Below, in pieces: positions 36,450-48,993 of a stretch of 48,993 nt of DNA. Made by a program: the position numbers and the translations under genes. Positions within the stretch are counted from its first letter, which is position 1. Each line of letters opens with the position of its first letter. Location of the stretch: positions 2,898 to 51,890 of the forward strand of contig MQRK01176970.1 of NCBI GenBank assembly GCA_001938485.1. The letters are read 5' to 3'. Source of the stretch: Girardia tigrina. Its lineage: Eukaryota. The notes under the pieces are model-generated. The model was not told the origin of the DNA. It saw nothing but the letters and a program-made list of their open reading frames with translations, and did not search any database.

Positions 36450-37260
36450 TGTTAACTGTATTCATAGTACAACATACGCTTTTTACAGGATCTTTGGTAT
36501 CCTGGTTTATTTAACAGTGTTTAATCCAGCCTTGCTGGACAGAAATTCTATTTTTAACGTTATTTTAAATTTATTGCATATTTCTTTAATGATGGGCAAA
36601 CGTTGTCTAATATGTAATTCAGGAAGCGATGTTGTAGGTAATCTGGATCTATTTGTAATAACCTCTGATCCATGAAACCACCGATATATTATCACACTTC
36701 ACTGTTATATCATTCATGTCAATTTTAGACATTAGTTCAATCTATTCATAACTGCATCGAACTTCACGATATTCATGTGTCTGGAATCTTCTTTCTTTCT
36801 CAATCATGATGCGTCTTCTATATTTTTACCGTCAAATTCCAATAAACCCCCATTGGTATATAACTTGCATCACACCAAACCTTATAAACTCATCGTTCAT
36901 CTATACTTCATATTTCACAACACGGATCATTCCATTCAACTTTATGAATAACCTTTTTTGCATTATCAATTATAGCTTCGTCGATTATCATATCCCAATC
37001 ACCGGTAGTCACGCTGGACTTTTCAATTTACAATAGGATAAATACATGTTAATGCCGCGATAAATTAAAATCAATCTTTAACTTATATTTTATTGTCTCT
37101 CTTCTACATAATTTGTCCATCGATATTATTTATGTCTACTCTAAGATATCTTACCTTTTCGTTGTAATTGACAGATTCTGGTTGTTTATATTTTAGTGAA
37201 CATGAATAATTGCCTTACTTCTTCGGTATTAGGTTCGTAATTACAATTCGAAGTCATAAT
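36450..37260 (-). mobile_element. Gypsy RT-end/RNase H remnant
   Basis: VWCDAS, NIEDAS..RKKEDSRHMN, YRWF...RSRL...IRQRLPIIKE motifs across frameshifts. Confidence 0.65.
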
Positions 37261-38162
37261 TTTGTAAACTTTATTTCTACTACAATTTTCATTATTGAAG
37301 CAAATTTATGAGGAACAATATTTTATTTACATAATCCAAATCTCAAAATTCTAAATATAAATAATAATATTGATAAATATACAAATATGTTATTTTATTC
37401 AATTTTGTATAAATCATATTTTGTTTTTGCTTTATTAATTTTTTACAATGTTTATTAATTGAAATATAAATTTAGATTTTTAAAAATATTTGTAAAAATT
37501 CAATTCTTAAATGTTTTTTTTGATTTATAATCATTCGATGATAAATTAGTTTTTAATAAAAACCTTTTATTATTTTTTAATAAAATTACATTCTTTTTAA
37601 AATTTATTTTACTTAATTTGATTTTATACATTAAAAACGTATTATGATTTTATTTTAAATAGTGTTACAAATTATATCAAAATCTTCTTTACAGTGTTCT
37701 TTAACTTCGAAGATGATATTTTAATTGTGAATTTTTTAAAACTTCATTTTTTAAAAATTTGTCCCAATTTAATTAAAATATTATCATTACTCTAAAATTT
37801 TTTAAAAACTTATTTCATTTTAATTAGTGATATACTATCTGTGAACTATAATTTTTTCAAAAATTATTTCGATTTAATTAGTAGAAATGTTACTATAAAA
37901 TATATTTTTTAAAAAATCTTATTTATTTTAATTAGTAAAAATATTATCTATAACGTAAATTTTTTATTTTAAAGAATTATTTCATTTTAATTAATCGACA
38001 TTATTTTTTATTTATCTAAAATATAAATATGATTTTTTAAAAATATCAAAAATTTAAAGTTCACCAAAAGGAACCCAACATTCAGCATCAAGTATATATA
38101 CGTCAATAAAAATATTTTCAATGTAAGATTCCGTAGCAGCATCAAATTTTGTATTCGATGAT

Positions 38163-39432
38163 AATCTTCTTCTTCTTTCTGTTTGACCTTAGCTGTTGGG
38201 TCATGGATCCACGCAATTATAAACAAGCCTTCGTCACATCTCTCTATTTGTAGTTTCTTTTATCAGACATTCCATACTCAATGCACTCCATTATTTTAAA
38301 TCGTTTATCCATTGCCTCTTTGATCTTTCTCTTGGTCTTTCTCCTTCCACTCTTCTCTCAATAATAACCTTTGCTAGTGCTTGTTTTCTTATTTGATGTC
38401 CGTAGAATTTCATTTCTTCCTTCTCTTGATGGTCTCTTCCATTGATTCCGGTCTTTTACCTAGTATTTCTGTCAATCTCCTCCAGACAAAGTCCTTTGTT
38501 TTCTTTTCTTTCCATGTGATCTTCAGCATTCTCCTGTAGCACTTCATTTGAAATGCTTTAAATCTATCCATGCTCTTCTGATTTATTGTCAAACTCTCGC
38601 AACCATTAGAGTATTGCCCAGACAATAGTCTTATTGATCTTTATTCTTGAGATGGATTTCTTTGAGGTTGAACACTGTGCTAAGCTTAATCATTGCGCTT
38701 GTTGCAATACCAATCCGGCTTCGGATTCCTTCTTCGTTTCCTCCGTTCTCTGTGATAGTAGAGCCTAAGTATTTGAAACTCTTAACTTGTTCAAGCTTCT
38801 CCCCTTCAATGTAAATCTCTAGTTTAATCTCGTTGTTATGGTTTCCTGAAACCATTATTTTACTTTTTTGTCTGTTGATTTCCATTCCAAATTTCTTTTA
38901 TGCTTTGTGTAATCTATTTGTGAGTTCCTGAATCTCTGCCTCATCTGTACCGATTAGGTCTATGTCATCAGCAAATCGTAAGTTGGTTATTCTTGTTCCT
39001 CCGCAGCTTATTCCAACATCTTCTAAATCGTCTATTGCTTCCATAACAATTCTCTCAAGGAAAATGTTGAACAGTGTTGGTGAAAGAATGCAACCTTGTC
39101 TTACTCCTACTGATGATTGAAACCAGTCACTAAATTACTCACTTGTCAACACTTTTGTGTTTGTGTCTTCTTAAAGGCTCTTAATAATTTTCGTAATATG
39201 TTTTCATATGTTGTATTTATTCATAGTATGCCATAGTGCTTCGTGCCACACCCTGTCAAAAGCTTTTTTGAAGTCTATAAAGTTATGACAAATTATTCTT
39301 TTGTGGTCTCTGGTTTTCTCACAAATCAGTCCTAGGTTGGTTATCTGCTCCGTAGTCCTGTGGTCCCTTCTGAAGCCTGCCTGCATCTCGCTAAGAACTT
39401 GTTCCACTTTGGGTGTGATTCTTCTTTGTATA
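38163..39432 (-). mobile_element. RTE-like non-LTR retrotransposon, RT domain to 3' end
   Basis: QAGFRR, FIDFKKAFDRVWH, GVRQGCILSPTLFNIFLE, LRFADDIDL, FKYLGS, AFQMKCYRRMLKITW; (GAA)n tail at 38163-38176; several stops. Confidence 0.93.
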
Positions 39433-39467
39433 AAGGAGAAATAAGTTATACTAAATTAATAACAGTA

Positions 39468-40300
39468 ATTCGTGCCACATTCTGTCAAAAGCTTTTTTTG
39501 AAATCTATAAATTTTCGATTATAATACCCATCATATAATATATGTCATGATCGTAGGGGTCGCATTAAGATCAAATCCCTTACAAGTCAAAGTAAACATT
39601 TTACCATTTATGATGCTTGACAAAAAGTGCCATCGAGATGGATGGTTGTGTATTTGCATTTACGCATTCGATAAATTTAATATCAAAAAATCTTTTCCAA
39701 TTTCTTCTCCACTCACAATACTTTTTCGTGCACATCTGAAGATATTCTTTTTTACTCTCGGAAATTAAATATCGGTCTGATTTTTTTTGTTTACTTATAC
39801 CATATCCTTTATCGGAATAGATCTCACATTCTTGTCCATTTTCGATCATAATATTTTACCAAACACCCTTTTTTGATTCATTCGTCTAAGATATTCATCG
39901 TCATTTTATCTTTTGATTTTGATTCATTAAAACTGTTATGTATATTTGGTAAATAAGTAGGTGCCTTGGATACAGAATTCCAAAATTTATCGAATCAAAA
40001 TCTATGATTATGCTTTTCTATCCGCATATCATATTTGCTCGTTTTTATTAGTTTCTTTTCCTACCTAAAAAATCCGATAATTCGGACGTAACTATAAATA
40101 TTATGCTTTCATTATTCAACGTTATACATCCTATCTTCTCAATCATATTCACTCAAAGAGTTAAGTCCAAACATTTGGGTAAAGCATCCATACTTACACG
40201 ATTAAGTTTATATCTTTATTTTCTCTGCTAATATCTATTGCACACTATTTCGCCGTCACTTTTGACCCATTGGTCATTGTAGTGTCTACAAAACATTCTC
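39468..40300 (-). mobile_element. Second, older LINE fragment (endonuclease end/linker to RT start)
   Basis: 39470-39512 is homologous to 39241-39284 (NFIDFKK region); upstream Lys/Glu-rich linker-like read. Confidence 0.5.
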
Positions 40301-40363
40301 ATTAAATTGCCCTTTTAAAATAAAACAAGTTCAATATAAAAAAATTAAGCTAAATTGGATATT

Positions 40364-41345
40364 TAGGGCACGGAATTTAATTACTTTAAAAATCAAAAAA
40401 ATGACTTAAAAAAGTTTAAACAAAAAACTTTTTAAGAAGTTTTTTATTCATTCATTATTCTACATTATTACAATATGTAACAATAGTCATTTTGAGATTT
40501 TCCCAAGTAAATGATCGGTGAATATCAGCAAAAAGATTTTTGAACATTGAAAATGATCTTTCAACGTCCACGATAGTAACCCTCGCATATTTAAAAAAGC
40601 ATGCATCACTCAACAAAATGTCCTTATATAGTAACTCCCAATTTGAAGATTTTCCAATTAAAACATCATTGATCTTTTTAATTGTAACAAATCCTGAATT
40701 TTTTTCGAATACTTTTAATAAATCGAATATTTTTAAACTTTGAATAAACTACATTGCCAATGAATCCTTGTGATGACTTGAGTACATCATGAACTATGTC
40801 AGTATAATTAATAGTACTATTTAAACTTTCTCCTCTTTTCTCTAATTTTGTTATGATCGTTGAGATAATTTGAAAGTTCGCTTTAATATAGGCAAGATCA
40901 TCTTCAATATTAATATCCCTAAAGCATTCCTGCGCAATTCTCATGCAGACTGATTCTTCAGCATCTAGTTTTTCAATGACGTTTTGCAATATTTTAAAAT
41001 TTTCTGAATAATAAGTTGCAGCGCATAACCATGTTCCCCATCTTGTTATTATTGGTTGAGGAGGAAGAGATAAATTTAGGGCAAAATTGCGAAACAATTC
41101 TACGCGAGATGGTGCTTTAAAAAAACCTTTTTGACACTGCTTATAAGCAGATCGACTTTTAGATAGTATTTTCGTATTTCCTCCGCAGTTCGATGTAAAC
41201 CATGAGCAATACAAGTAACGTGAATCGTTTTGGTATAAAAATACTTTAATCCAGTTGCAGCCTTTACCATATACGGAGCAGCGTAAGTTAAGAAAAGCAT
41301 AATATTATCCCGTATATTATTAATAGACATATTGATTGGCATTGT
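40364..41345 (-). mobile_element. hAT-superfamily transposase 3' half with one TIR
   Basis: AAPYMVKAA...[41 protein letters not shown]; terminus TAGGGCACGGAATTT at 40364; frameshift at ~41120. Confidence 0.9.
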
Positions 41346-41399
41346 TTATGCGAAATACATAATTTACACCGCTTCTCGTCTTTTAAATAATTTTTATGA

Positions 41400-42140
41400 C
41401 ACAATGCTCTTACGCCCGACGGTCGCCGGGTCATCTTCATGCAGTGTTTGACACGCAAGATGGCTGCCTGCGTTTGATACATTTTGAGCTATCGCGGAAT
41501 GGTATATTTTTGTCGTGGGAATCCCTTTTTTAGGATTATCTTCATAAGGTTATTCTCGACATTTCACGAGAGCATCTAGTACGAGCAGATTCATTCGATC
41601 GAATTCATTAAATTGGAGATAGCAGCAGGATCTCTGTAGATAATGATACTACCGATAACAACAGTCATTATAACTCTGTAGTTACCCTGTCGGATGGAAG
41701 ACTCATCTACCTTATTTCTTCTGTCTATCAAACAACTAATGCGCTCACGAAGCGTAATTAATCCATTTGAGAAACCGCTGGTACTGACAAATCCCCGTTA
41801 ACATTTCTTGTCCGACAAAATTTTTCTGTGTCTTTTTTGCCACATTTAAAACAAGTAAATTTCCTACAGTTTACGGCACGCTTCACAAGATCTCACACCG
41901 TACGCAACATTTCTATCTCGGAAAACTTAGTACGCACATTTTTGTTTTTCTCCTGAAAGCTCCATTCACTTAGTACAAATTTGCTTAGTACATATTAACT
42001 TAGTACATATTTATCCTTTAACTGTCCTTCATCGGCTAATTACCACCATTATGTCAAATTACTTTCTCCATAACTCCCATGAATTATTTCCATTAAATTT
42101 TACTAAACATTCCAAAATTAAATTTACGCTTGACATGCCT
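41400..42140 (-). mobile_element. Gypsy gag/protease remnant
   Basis: gag-like start (LVKFNGNNSWELW) and TCFKCGKK zinc knuckle at ~41835-41857; heavily decayed. Confidence 0.5.
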
Positions 42141-42370
42141 GAATAGGTTGTAACATTAGAGTAAATTGAAATAGTTAACTTTATTTAAAATAGAAATATG
42201 TTTCTTATTATAACAGTATTCAAACAAATATTATTTAGTAAAAACATATTAATATTAAACTAATATTCGATAAATAAAATATTTTAAAGTATTTCCACTT
42301 AAAACCTAGGAAATAAAATGACAAAATAAAAATCATATTATTTTATATTATATTATATTTTATTATATTA

Positions 42371-43357
42371 TTAGGTTGGAACGAATGTTTTGTCCGTTAT
42401 TTAAGAAACTGTAAATAATTTTTTTTTAATTTAATTTTCGTTTTATTTGGATTTCATAAAAAAATTATTTCATTTTTGTGGTATAAAAAATAATTGATTT
42501 TAGGAACAATTTAAAATGTCAAAAAAAACGTGAAGAAATCTGCAATTTGATTTTCCACGAATTTAAACTTGGTCGTACAGCAGCGGAACAATCCAAAAAC
42601 ATTTAAAAAATAAACATGGTCAAGAGGTTTCCCACGAATTCAACAAAATGAAAAACCATCGGCAAATTAACGACTGTTCTTAGATATCGCACAAATTTAG
42701 TCGTGGGGGATTGCTATGGATTTTGACGTTTGATGAGAAGTTGGTTGTCTACAACAACAGCAAACGCAAAAAAGCAATGGCTGAGTTCAGATCAACTTGA
42801 AAAACGGACACCTTGATTTGATCCGCATCTAAAAATGGTGATGTTGTGCGTTTGGTTGATGGCATCGGGGCCTGATAACGGAATTTCTTTCTACGGTGTC
42901 AAACAATCATCTCTGAAGTTTACCGCAATCAATTATATCAATTTCAGGCCGCTTTGCGGGTTCGTGGTTTCAAGTTTTCTCGTGTTTGTTTTTAACAAAG
43001 CCAAACCTCTTGTTTCACTTTAGACCGGCCAAAAACTTTAAGAATTGGGTTTGGATGTACTTAAGAACACGTCATATAGCCCAGTCGTTGCCCCATTTGA
43101 TTATCATCTTGTCCAGTCAGCTCAAAATTTTCTTCTTGGACCAGGCTTCATTGAAAAGGAACATGTAGAAACAGACCTTTCAGAAGTTTTTTCCATCTGA
43201 AACTCCACAGTTTATCGCCAGAGATTTTTCCTGTTGCATCGTTTTTGGAGTCAAAAGTAATGACACTTTACTTTAATGAAAACGACACCTTGTTATTGTA
43301 AACATTTTGCTTTTAATAAAATGCTAATTTACTGACAAAACCTTAGTTTCAACCTAA
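42371..43357 (+). mobile_element. Decayed mariner element with both TIRs, inserted in a (TATTA)n tract
   Basis: TIR TTAGGTTGGAACGAATGTTTTGTCCGT / ACTGACAAAACCTTAGTTTCAACCTAA; peptides HEFKLGRTAAE, ILTFDEK, KMVMLCVW, YSPVVAPFDYHL. Confidence 0.92.
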
Positions 43358-43995
43358 AAAAATATATTATATTATATTATATTAGATTAGATTAGATTTA
43401 TATGTAAGATTTATTTAATTTAAATAAAAGTTAGATAATAAAAATTAAATAATTATTGAAATAAAGATTTTAAAATAGATTTATTTACTATTATTCAAAT
43501 TTTATTTGGTAATTAAAACTGACATATATCCGGTTGAATTTCTTGCTTCAATTGTTTACCCGAGACTTACATTGAAATATTAATGGGAGGGTCGCGCAAT
43601 CTGGGGTCACTAATAAATCTCAAATTAATGAAATATGAATTTTGATAAAATCGCCTTTTATTGTAATTTTTAATTAAAGAAAATGGATTTTCATTTTTTA
43701 TTTAAAATTTTAATCGTTTTGGCTGAATGGTAAAATTGATATTCTTTCTTCCACTTAATTTCTTTCAAGAATATATTCGGAAAAAATTTATTAACATAAA
43801 AATTTAGTATTTATTATCGGTCTAATGATAAAAGAGAGGCAGAATCGCAGTATTAGATTCAAGAAAAAAGAATTATTTTGGCCTACTAATACTTCGTAAA
43901 GTTGATAATTTTATTCTAAAGGACACTGCATCCTGACATACCTTTTCGCGTGCCGATTTATTTCGGCGCATTCATTTCGTCGCTTCTTATTGAAG

Positions 43996-44019
43996 TTAGG
44001 GTTAGGGTTACGTTTAGGG
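43996..44019 (+). repeat. Short interstitial TTAGGG-like tract
   Basis: TTAGGG TTAGGG TTACGT TTAGGG. Confidence 0.7.
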
Positions 44020-44129
44020 TGAAGGTCAAGAACTTAACTGCTTTTCACATAGAAAACAATCTTTGTTTAAGAATTGTACAACAATAGTGTAGGGAATATG
44101 ATAAATTAATTCAACTTGAACAGGAAGGG

Positions 44130-45150
44130 AATGGTAAACAACGCAGAATCGGAGCTGGTAGAAAGGCGCTATTTCCAAAGTTAGAAGATTTTGTGTTTGA
44201 ATGGGTAGCATAACAAAAACCTGATTCGCTTGTTCTGTCTTTAGATCACTTCCAAGCATCACAACGATGGATTGATGGCTTTTTAAAAAAGATATCAGCT
44301 ATTACTCCGGAGAGTAACAACATTGTTTAAGCTTGATGATTTGGAAATAATTTTTTATTTAATCTTTTAAAAATTTTGTCTATAGTATTAACTTTTCACT
44401 ATATCGGCCAGTCTATTTGAGCCTTAATTCTCAAACTATGATTGATTTTAAAGAACTTGTTTGATTTATGTTTCTTCAACAGGTTACGATAGTTCAAACG
44501 CCTCATGTACTCTAAGAATAAAGTTAAATGGTCAAAAGCTACTACCATTACTTATTTCCAAAAGGAAAAACTGGTGGCATTGACAATATTTCTGACGATT
44601 TTATTTTGGAAACTGAGTGGGCGCACAATCTGTCATTCGCAAATGGATTAATAATGTGTTTCTTCCTGTTTTACGAGTTGGACAAAGAGGCTTATTAATA
44701 TTGGAATCTGCAAGTACATATCGTGCCAAAGAAAATGAAAGATTTTCTTGTGCAACGACACATTGATGAAATAATGACACCTGTTCGTACCACCAGATAC
44801 GTCCAATTACTCGACATAGTCATCCACAAACGCGTCATCATCCACAAAGGTTATACTAAATGTGAAGGCAATGATTATCATTTGAAACGTAATGAAACTA
44901 CGTATAGGCAAAGTAGTGAACTGGGAAAAAACCTCCTCAACAAAATTACCAATGAATGCATTTCAAATTCTCTAAATGTTGGTTATTTAGACAGAATATT
45001 CTCTTTTGACGAAATTTCAATTACTTAACATAGGAGGACTCTGCCACTAGTTTTACAAGAAATTGGAGTGCAGAGGCAGATTACTAATCTACATGCTTTC
45101 TATAATCATGATATTTTTGAATATGACAAATGCAAATAATTGAATAATAA
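44130..45150 (+). mobile_element. pogo-family (CENP-B HTH + DDE_1) transposase remnant
   Basis: ASQRWIDGFLKRYQLLLRRVTT; GQKLLPLLI; GLLILESASTYRAK; TRYVQLLDIVIHK. Confidence 0.8.
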
Positions 45151-46164
45151 AATTTTTATTTAATTATTTTTTCTCAATGGACAAAAGTACCCGGTTGGAC
45201 CTTACAAGAATTTGTAAAGCTAATGAGCCGTTCCATGATTTTTTTAAGTGTGGCCTTCCTTCACACCACTAGATATTTAATTTAAAAATAACACTTAATC
45301 TGAATTTTATTATGAATTTGACTAAAAAATTTTTAAAATTTATTTTAATTGCAGAAGTTATTTTTGGAGAAAGTCGGTACATGACAGTTTATATGATTAT
45401 TAAATTCTTGAAAAGACGTTTCAGTAACTTTTAAAAGCCTTAAAAAAGAATAAAAAGTTAAATTTGGTATGTAAAAAATGTTTTTTTATCAAAAATAATT
45501 ATTATAAAATCACTAAAATAAATTTTTTTCTAAAATATTAATTCTTTTTTCTAATTTTTGTAAATTATTGATTTAAAAACATTTTATTATTTAGTCTCAA
45601 CAAAGTATAAATTAATTAAATTAGAATTATCAAAATATAAATATATCAATTATTGACAATTTGATTTAGATGTGAAACTGTAAATTTATTTTAAATATTT
45701 GAAAAACTAATTTTATTTTAAATTATTATTTTTGAGCCGTATGAAGAAAATGTGAGACAAGTCTCGTTTGAATTTTTATTATTATCACATTTAGAGTCAT
45801 TTTGACTCTCGGAAGATCTTTCATCGTTTGACATCGTTCTAATTGGTTTCGTTATTTCTATTTTTAATCATGATTATTAGAAAAATTTCACTAAATCTTT
45901 TTAAAATATTTAATTTTTAAAAAAATTAATTAAAAATAATAATTTAAATCATTTTTAAATAAAAACACAAAATTATAAAAATGTTATTAAATTATTAAAA
46001 ATGAATTTGATTTAAATCTTATAAATTTATTTAAATTTAATTAAATGCTTTTCTTTAATTAAAAATATCAAACTTAATTTACATTGCTAATTTAAAAAAT
46101 ATAAACTTATCAAATTATTATTTTAATTATGTTCGAATAGTCAATCACTTTAAATTTAAAAAAA

Positions 46165-46274
46165 TACCAATTTCCATCTGGGTGGGAGAATTACCATTCT
46201 AAGTTCAACATACTCAAATCAATATACAACATCAATACATTCACACATTCAGACAATTTAAAATATTCCTCACA
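46165..46274 (-). repeat. Copy of the dispersed LTR-like repeat
   Basis: CCATCTGGGTGGGAGAA...AAAATATTCCTCACA, shared with the ~1.7 kb and ~16 kb copies. Confidence 0.55.
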
Positions 46275-46297
46275 AATAGCAACATGTTGTTTTTTAA

Positions 46298-46332
<35 letters not shown>

Positions 46333-46464
46333 AACAGAGTGGGCACAGGACTCGCGTGATTGCGTCACTCTGGTGTTAAGGGATGGATTCCGGGTCGAGG
46401 GGAGAAAACAATTACTATCTCACCCGAATTGTGGTCCAAAGCCGGCATTGAAGTGACGATTCGC

Positions 46465-47208
46465 TCATAATTAGGGTTTTGACAGGTCTCAAAAAAACAG
46501 CGTCAAACATCGTTTCTGTTCAAAATTCAAAGTGGTTCTTGGACGCTTAGAAGAAGACACTTTGGAATTGTACACTGAAAATTAGTGGTATTGTCTCCCA
46601 TTTGATGAATCAGTTCCACTATGCTTGCCTGTTCCGTCATCGTGGTACTGGTAAGAGATTTGCAACTCCTTCGTCGATGTCTCATTCAAGTTTTTTCGGG
46701 AAAATGATTGGTCACAATCATCCAATGCGTTGGATGAGCAATGCAAACAAGATCCACTCTCGTAATCCGCTCGACGCATGAGCAAAGATCTTAGCTCATG
46801 CAAAACAAACTCATCACCAAGTTGCAATAATTACTTGCAAGCAAAACAATAATCATTCCGACAAAATAATTTATTATCTTTCAACATAAAGCACGATTCC
46901 TCTAACACCTAATCAAAAATCGAACAAAAAGCACACGACTTATGCCAAAATTTGTCGTTTAGACAAAACAAATATTTATCGTTAATCACGGCATTATAAC
47001 CACTACAATTCGGATTGTGGACTTTTTTATGTTTTTTATTAAAATCTGTTGTCAGTTTAATCAAAGTTCGATTTTCATCCCAATGAATATTTTCAATGTT
47101 TTTCATTGAACTGAAGCGTCTCTGGATTTTTTTATTCATGAATTCAACGCTACAACACTCCTCAAATAACACAAAATGAAAAGAAACGCCAAATTTTTTT
47201 ATATTCAT
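46465..47208 (-). pseudogene. Lmx1: Intronless LIM-homeobox (Lmx1-like) pseudogene
   Basis: LIM1 CSGYNAVINDKYL...WHKSCAFCSIFD*VLEESCF...KLFCRNDY; second half of LIM2 CFACK*LLQLGDEFVL...RADYE; homeodomain start KRPRTTLNFEQKR. Stops at 46909, 46831, 46582; Cys ligands lost; frameshift at ~46491. GDEFVL plus KRPRT point to Lmx. Confidence 0.85.
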
Positions 47209-47687
47209 TTTGAAATCAAAATATCAACAAAATCACATTTTTTGATTAAACTAATTCGATAAAACAAATCGAATTTTAGCATTAATTTTTTTTACAAATT
47301 TCGAATCGATTTTTTGGTGAAATTAATTTTTACAAAAAAAAACAAATAATTGATTGATATCAACAAAAATTCAATTTTGTAATAAAACTTTACTAATTCA
47401 AATTCCCTTAAGATAAAAATTGAGTCGAATATTGATTCCGAAATTGTTCGTTTTAATTCATTTTGGAATTTGAGTAAATTATTTTTCTTAAAATTTCTTT
47501 CGAATAATATTAGATAGAAAAAATCAGAATTTCAATTTCAACCATTTTTGATGGTTGCAGATCATGAAAATTACGAAGAATTAGCTGTCCGAATTCCAAA
47601 GATTCCTTTAAACATTTGAATACAGATTCCATGTCACCAAACTCCTTTTCCTCTCCAGGGGGATTTAATAATTAAAATTTATCGCAA

Positions 47688-47738
<51 letters not shown>

Positions 47739-48993
47739 AATTAATTTTTTGTTTGGTTGTCTTTTTTTATTTTACTCTTTCATAATAAACCACTACAGCG
47801 AGTGTTGGACACTTCTACCTAGAGACGGAATGGAGCCGAATCTAGTTTCCCATGAACCCTATGTGAAAGTTTGTCTGACCTTTTACGTCAGTAAATCCTT
47901 ACCCCTTTATTACGACCAAGTTCCTGGATTATTTTAATTAGATGACGAAAAAACTTTCCTTTTGTTGCGTCTTTACATTTATTATATGTATATTCACAAA
48001 TATACTTTAAAGTTTGTAGGTTTATTTTTAGCATTATACTTCATTAATACTTTAAGGATGGAATTCTTAATTATAATAATCCTTCTGAATAGATATCAGT
48101 TAAAATGTATTCGATTTCTGAACTGATAGTATTATTGTTGCAAGTTTCTTCATGGTCTTGAAAAAGTTTGTGTCGTTTGAAAGAGATTCATTTGTATCAG
48201 GGTTGACGTTCAATTGAGGAGAGGCAGAACTGATTTTATTAGAATAAGAGGAGTAATTTGATTTAGTCTTTCTCTTTTGAGAGTAAATAGACACAGAATC
48301 AATACTCTTTTTAAAGAAATTCATTTAAATTCAGTGTTAATTTTAATCAAAAAAATCAACGAATTGTAAATATTTTATTTTTGTAAATTGAATTTTTTAT
48401 ACACACACACACAATTATAACTAATTATATTCAAACTTACATATTGTTGACGGAATATTTTAAAACTATATTATTGTATTTAATATTTGTTTTAATTATA
48501 AAAACAAATAAAGTATAAATCGGAAGAGTTTATATTTTTTAATATTAAATTATATTTTCTATATAAATAAATAAAGAAAATAAGAAAGTTTAGATAAATA
48601 AAAGAAAATGAAATTTAGATTAGTTAGAAGAAATAATAAATAAAAGAAGAAAAATAATAAATAAAACTAATTTACAAAGAGAAAGTAATTATAAATAACA
48701 GAATTTTAAAAAAAATACTAAGCACTTTTCATAATGCACTCAAAAGGACAAAATAACTTTTCTGGGTCAGAAAAGACAATTTTAGTGTACCCTCAGTTTT
48801 CAATTATTCCAAGAAAATGACACCACGAACGAAGAAAAGTGCGGCTCAAATCATTGATTTTTTTTATTTTAAATAATTTTTAAAATCATTGATTTTTTTT
48901 TATTTTAAAGAATTTTTATTTTATTTTTTTTTTTGAAATTTGAATTGAAATGATAAAGAGGAATTTCTGATCATTTTCTAGCTTTTATTTATA

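Noticed and set aside
46582-46911. TAA/TAG reassigned to Gln (variant genetic code), making Lmx intact
   Set aside because: The same copy has lost zinc-binding Cys residues, half a LIM domain and has a frameshift; other relics have TGA stops and frameshifts. Ordinary decay explains it.
48100-48324. 74-aa Ser/Asn-rich minus-strand ORF
   Set aside because: Low complexity with no recognisable domain or splice context.
48848-48908. Short tandem duplication AAATCATTGATTTTTTTT(T)ATTTTAAA (similar case at 17143-17186)
   Set aside because: Ordinary slippage duplication in AT-rich DNA.
1-48993. CRISPR array or prokaryotic defence system
   Set aside because: No regularly spaced repeats or operon-like ORFs; spliceosomal introns and animal genes show eukaryotic DNA.

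Overview
AT-rich animal (eukaryotic) nuclear DNA, dense in decayed transposons, with two assembly gaps (22496-22610, 35711-35908). No prokaryotic features, rRNA or CRISPR were seen. The only apparently intact host gene is the spliced 3' end of a pentameric ligand-gated ion channel-like gene (+ strand, exons 15215-15409, 15462-15509, 17665-17775). Mobile remnants include several Ty3/Gypsy elements, an RTE-like LINE, a Penelope element with hammerhead-like inverted ends, Chapaev3, mariner, pogo, hAT, MULE and several MITEs. The most unusual signal is a set of intronless, internally deleted fragments of unrelated conserved host genes stitched into mosaics: BBS1 + STIP1 + sideroflexin + unknown pieces at 8.0-12.5 kb, CPSF1 + DPH7 + a possible family-A polymerase at 25.9-26.7 kb, and an Lmx-type LIM-homeobox relic at 46.5-47.2 kb. 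All protein identities come from recalled family motifs; no database search was run.
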